A stretch of DNA of 64,000 nucleotides from a virus. Taxonomy: Duplodnaviria; Caudoviricetes. Position numbers and translations under genes: made by a program. This document shows positions 59,955 through 64,000 of the stretch, piece after piece. The stretch covers positions 87,713-151,712 of the IMG/VR virus record IMGVR_UViG_3300035686_000002; one strand, 5' to 3'. The notes beneath the pieces were generated by a model, which did no database searches, was not told the origin of the DNA, and was given only the letters and a program-made list of their open reading frames with translations. Numbering within the stretch: position 1 is the stretch's first letter; the number at the start of each line of letters is the position of its first letter.

Positions 59955-60110
59955 GCGAGAGTAATTGGTTCTACTTTACAGTTGAGTCTGTTACTCAGTT
60001 TTTTATAATTTATAATCTTTCTGATTGACAAACTCATCTATTATGTCTTTGATTCTGTCTGTAGTCTATTGGCAGGGTTCGCTTAAACTTTACTTTTAAA
60101 ATTTTGCCAA
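59955..60110 (+). repeat. Dispersed element, copy 11
   Basis: GCGAGAG..GTTGAGTCTGTTACTCA..TATAAT..TGATTGACAAACTCATCTAT. Confidence 0.9.
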
Positions 60111-60279
60111 AAAAACTTAGCAAAAGACTTAAGCAGAAACAAATGCCAAGCAGACTTGATAGATTTTTGCTTGTATTATACACAAATGGTTGTTGTCCGT
60201 AGTATACTTAGAAAGTTAAGCCATAAGAACGCTACAAAGCCTTTTTGTCAGTGACAATCATCTAAGAGGACTAAGAAAC

Positions 60280-60672
60280 ATGACCAATTTTACAGCGAAC
60301 GCAAAAAAGACTACGGATTTGAAGCAGTTTGATTCCGCAGATGGCATTGAATTTGTACTAGATAAGTCAGGAGAAGTTTTTTACCTCGGCTGGAAGGCGT
60401 TAGCGCAAGTATGCTCAATAGGACTAGAAGAGCCAATATTTGACATTCAAGTAAAACGAACAATTGAATCCCACCTTTCCAAAGGCACAAAAGTTCAGAC
60501 ACCTTTTGAAGCTGAAGTCGAGACACCAAGAGGGTTACAATTAGTAACACTTATTCCTCGACAACTGGCAATTCAAGCAATCAAACAGCACAATCCCGAT
60601 CTGAGCGAAGAGATGGCAGATGCCGGACAACTTGTCTATCTTAACCAGTTACTCGGTCGCAGTTATCTTTAG
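60280..60672 (+). CDS. Antirepressor-like DNA-binding protein
   Basis: DGIEFVLDKSGE..WKALAQVC; AEVETPRGLQLVTLI (Bro-N-like TxxGxQ turn). Confidence 0.6.
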   Translation: MTNFTANAKKTTDLKQFDSADGIEFVLDKSGEVFYLGWKALAQVCSIGLEEPIFDIQVKRTIESHLSKGTKVQTPFEAEVETPRGLQLVTLIPRQLAIQAIKQHNPDLSEEMADAGQLVYLNQLLGRSYL

Positions 60673-60901
60673 AGAAGCCTGTAATCGAGTCGCATCGGAG
60701 AAGTCTAGTTAAAGGAGCGATCGCCTTTCTTTCGTTTTAGTCTAAAATATAGGTTCCCATATTAAACTCCAGCTCCCCATCGCTAACCGTGGGAGTTTTT
60801 TTTAACCAAAACTCCCAAACTGTAGATTCCAAAAGGTTGACGTAAACTATTCAAGATGTTAAATTAGTAATAATTAAAACCAGAAAGAAGAGAGTAAAAT
60901 T

Positions 60902-62161
60902 ATGCCGACATACAGAACAGTTGAACCCCGAACAGACAGAATCTTAAAAGACTGGATTTTGAAAGAGCGGTTAGCATTTGATTTAGAGGCATCGCTCTCA
61001 GTATCAGAATTGCAGGCAATATTACCACCCCAGTGCAAAGAGCAACTGGGCGAGTTTAAGCCTACTGATAATGTGTTTCGCAAGATGTCTCAGGGATTCA
61101 ACAGAGTTTCCGACGTTTGGATTGAATTGATGAGGTTCATCGGGGTCAGCGACTTCTCACCAGAACAAGCCATTCTAGGAACGGTTAGCACCTTTCTTGA
61201 CTCTGAAAACGTCAGAGTTAAGTTGAATGCTTCTTACGATGCGCCCCATAGGAAAAACTCAATTGAGGTACTGTGTCTCAATGAGCCAACCCATCAAGGT
61301 TTGATTCGGTATGAGGGCGATCGGCTTTCGTTCCCTCCTAGCATCTTTGAAGCAGTAATAGACCGCCGTCTCAACGTTTACGAATTATATTGTGAGAACC
61401 TTTCAGACCTGTTGTTGATTCCCGGTGTTAGCGACCCGCAGTCGCTGCTGATTGCCGAAAATAATGCACGGTTAGCCGAGGAACATCACAGACTTGACGA
61501 GCAAGCTGAACAAAATAAACTCGACAGGGTATCGGCTGAGATTTTGCTATCTGCCGAAGATCCTTGGATGAATTCACCAGAAGGAACGACTGATGGGATT
61601 AGATCGCTGAGGGAGTTTATTTACAACCCTGATGGTTCGGCAGTTTATGAGGTAGAACTCGGTCAAAATGATGTTCAAGAACATAACGAACTAATCGGAT
61701 CGCTGATGACCGATGATAGTGTAGTTTCCGACGATGAAGTCGCCTTAACGCCAACTGAAGCTGAAACCGATCCTGATGCTGAATATGATGCGGCTGAACT
61801 AGAAGCAGCACAAAGTGAGGAAGCCGTACGGGATGCAGATATTGAGGAAACGGCAGACGATTACGATTACGATCACGATCAATATATAAATCGATTACGG
61901 GATGAAGAAATTTCAGGTAATCCGGTCGTTCTGACCCCTGAAGGATGGCCAATGTTATTGGATGAAATGATTGCCGAACAAAAGGCAGACGTTCGTAATC
62001 GCAATCAATTGATAGCTAGTTCGGAGGATGAAGAAATTTCAGATGATGCGATCGCTCTCACTCCCTATGATAGTGATGCTGCTGCGGCTGAAGTTGAATC
62101 GGTTGATGATACTGATGAGGATGCAGAGATTGAGACTGCTGTTGATGTTGACACTCCTTAA
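60902..62161 (+). CDS. Hypothetical protein with a very acidic C-terminal half; its 3' end is supplied by the IS right end
   Basis: Promoter TTGACG-N17-TAAATT at 60837; Asp/Glu-rich repeats (SDDxxALTP twice). Confidence 0.7.
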   Translation: MPTYRTVEPRTDRILKDWILKERLAFDLEASLSVSELQAILPPQCKEQLGEFKPTDNVFRKMSQGFNRVSDVWIELMRFIGVSDFSPEQAILGTVSTFLDSENVRVKLNASYDAPHRKNSIEVLCLNEPTHQGLIRYEGDRLSFPPSIFEAVIDRRLNVYELYCENLSDLLLIPGVSDPQSLLIAENNARLAEEHHRLDEQAEQNKLDRVSAEILLSAEDPWMNSPEGTTDGIRSLREFIYNPDGSAVYEVELGQNDVQEHNELIGSLMTDDSVVSDDEVALTPTEAETDPDAEYDAAELEAAQSEEAVRDADIEETADDYDYDHDQYINRLRDEEISGNPVVLTPEGWPMLLDEMIAEQKADVRNRNQLIASSEDEEISDDAIALTPYDSDAAAAEVESVDDTDEDAEIETAVDVDTP

Positions 62162-63490
62162 CCTAAAGGCGTAAGGATTCTTTCTTCACAGGGATTCCAA
62201 CGAATTTACCCTCCAAAAGCATCTTGACCGTATGCCCTACGGCTGCAAGTCCTCTAATAAGAACTACTTGGGCTGCTGCAATATCTCTATCGGTTGTGTA
62301 CCCACAGCTTGAACACGAATGTACGCGCTCCGACAATTCTTTTGTGCCTGTTTCTACGCCACAGCTAGGGCAAATCTGACTTGTTTTGTGAGCGCTTACT
62401 TTTTGGAAATACACCCCATGCTTAAAACAATCTTGCTCCAATATCGTAAAGAACTGACCCCAAGAGGCATCTAAGCAATGTTTTCCCAGCATCGCCTTAG
62501 CTAAGCCAACGAGATTCAAGTCCTCAACAAAAATCATCCCCGCATCTTTACAGAGCTGGTGAGCTAACTTCCAATGCCAATCTTTACGGCAGTTAGCGAT
62601 GTACTCATGCAGTTTGGCAACTTTCTTCTGAGCCTTCTTCCAGTTATGGGAGCCTAGTTTTTTCCGACTGACACGTTGTTGCAGCAATTTAAGCTTGCGT
62701 TCTGCATCAAGGAAAAACTTTTGGCGTTTGACTAGAAGACCATTGGAGGTTGCGATGAAATTAGTTAGTCCGACATCAATTCCTACGCCTTCGCCGTGCG
62801 GCATAACTGACGGTACTGAAACATCCCATTGCAGGGTTAGCATAACGTACCAGCCACTAGCTCTGCGAACTATTCTCGCCTGTTTAATTGTTGCGCCATC
62901 TGGGATAGGACGCGATTGGTGAAACCTTACTAACCCAATTTTGGGTAGTTTCAGTGTTCCATTTTTGACAGGATTGACACCCAGTTGTGGGAACACAAAA
63001 GACCGCATTGCTCCTACTTTTTTAAAGCGAGGAAATCCGTGTTTCTGTTCCCACATATTGACAAATGCTTTTTCAAGCCGTCTCAGCGTTTGCTGCAAGA
63101 CGTGTACTTGAACAGTCCCTAAAGCGGGTATGCTTGCCCTTGCTGTTGTTAAGTTTTTACACTGACTGGCATAAGTTGGTCGTTTCGTTTCGGCTGGGAT
63201 GATGAACTCGGAACGGATAGAACAAGCGTTAACCTGACAACTACGAGACTGAAACCAATGCTTGCGCTCTGCCAATGCGTAGTTGTAAACACGGCGACAT
63301 TGTTCCAACCAGTCTTCAAAGATAACTGTCTGTGCTGTCGTTGGTTTCAGTTTGAACTCGTAGGTTAAGTTAAACACTTGTTTTGTCCTCCTAACCTTAA
63401 TTATAGGGCTGCGACCAAAGGTTAAAGCGATTATTCACGATTCTTAATTAAAGTCGCCCTGGAAGGGCGGGGCTTGTACCCACGTTTTTG
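62148..63490 (-). mobile_element. IS200/IS605-family element carrying tnpB only (IS1341-like)
   Basis: Left end CAAAAACGTGGGTACAAGCCCCGCCCTTCCAGGGCGAC hairpin follows GTGAC; right end GAATCCTTACGCCTTTAGGTTAAGGAGTGTCAA; no tnpA. Confidence 0.85.
62163..63377 (-). CDS. tnpB: RNA-guided endonuclease TnpB
   Basis: N-terminal HTH (YEFKLKPT..CRRVYNYAL); RuvC motifs GIDVG / VEDL / DRD; Zn ribbon CPSC..CSSC. Confidence 0.95.
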   Translation of the reverse strand: MFNLTYEFKLKPTTAQTVIFEDWLEQCRRVYNYALAERKHWFQSRSCQVNACSIRSEFIIPAETKRPTYASQCKNLTTARASIPALGTVQVHVLQQTLRRLEKAFVNMWEQKHGFPRFKKVGAMRSFVFPQLGVNPVKNGTLKLPKIGLVRFHQSRPIPDGATIKQARIVRRASGWYVMLTLQWDVSVPSVMPHGEGVGIDVGLTNFIATSNGLLVKRQKFFLDAERKLKLLQQRVSRKKLGSHNWKKAQKKVAKLHEYIANCRKDWHWKLAHQLCKDAGMIFVEDLNLVGLAKAMLGKHCLDASWGQFFTILEQDCFKHGVYFQKVSAHKTSQICPSCGVETGTKELSERVHSCSSCGYTTDRDIAAAQVVLIRGLAAVGHTVKMLLEGKFVGIPVKKESLRL

Positions 63491-63524
63491 GTCACTACCT
63501 AAAACCCGAAGCTCGGAGCCTACA

Positions 63525-63812
63525 ATGGTTTCAATTCTCTACAAACCCTCCTCGTTAATCCATGAGATTTGCATTGAAAAAGTCGATCGGGGGAAGTTGT
63601 TCAAATTTAGTGAATCGCTGCAACAGCGCATGGAAAATTTGTTAGAGAAGAAGAAGGCCGACCAGCTAATGGCAGAAGAGGCAGCCGAACTCGATGCCAT
63701 TGGGGAATTAGATCGCATCTTTACCCATATCAATGCAATGATGGCGGCTCAAGATGTCAATCAGCGATCCGACGAGACAGGCGGTTCGAGAAAGAGCGAG
63801 CTATTTTTGTGA
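63525..63812 (+). CDS. Small antitoxin-like protein of the type that precedes cyanobacterial HNH genes
   Basis: FKFSESLQQRMENLLEKKKADQL..EAAELD. Confidence 0.6.
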   Translation: MVSILYKPSSLIHEICIEKVDRGKLFKFSESLQQRMENLLEKKKADQLMAEEAAELDAIGELDRIFTHINAMMAAQDVNQRSDETGGSRKSELFL

Positions 63813-63843
63813 ATACTGTCATTCCCCAGAACTTCTAAAGTAG
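63754..63843 (+). pseudogene. Truncated HNH endonuclease N-terminus
   Basis: MSISDPTRQAVRERASYFCEYCHSPE followed by an abrupt stop. Confidence 0.65.
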
Positions 63844-64000
63844 AATAGGGATAGAAGGCCATTGCAAATAACTTTTGGTACTCATCGATTCACTTTCCTT
63901 TTTTCAGTATTACACACTACCACACACTATAACGATATGACTGATTCTCAATCCTTTGAAACTGAAAGCATCGTCCCAAATCCATCAGAAGCAATCACAT

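Noticed and set aside
1-64000. tRNA, rRNA, integrase, terminase, capsid or DNA polymerase genes
   Set aside because: None was recognisable by eye in this window. They may lie outside it, and a tRNAscan/HMM run would be needed to exclude them.

Overview
The window reads as part of a large temperate phage or phage-plasmid of a cyanobacterium. At least 15 HIP1 octamers (GCGATCGC) are present, for example at 518, 1203, 12933, 17206, 25342, 39183, 51053 and 62048. Virion and lysis genes: the 3' end of a tape-measure-like gene, a tail/tail-fibre block (10.3-23.2 kb) and a GH24 lysozyme. Modification enzymes: a GT2 glycosyltransferase, a sulfotransferase, a DndC/PAPS-reductase-like protein and an R-S-E ADP-ribosyltransferase. 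Replication and nucleotide genes: a divergent beta clamp, a RusA-like resolvase, an MtrA-ThyA-DUF4346-like fusion and a broken RNase HI. Other content: several KilA-N/antirepressor-like genes, an LRR protein, an early-like region with four matching sigma70 promoters, a membrane-protein/P-loop ATPase operon, and an IS200/IS605-family tnpB element. The most striking unexplained structure is a ~190-bp non-coding element present in 11 copies, all in the same orientation. It is almost free of indels, is built from three nested inverted repeats with an embedded TTGTCA-N17-TATAAT, and often brackets one- or two-gene accessory units. All product calls come from motif recognition by eye; no database searches were run.
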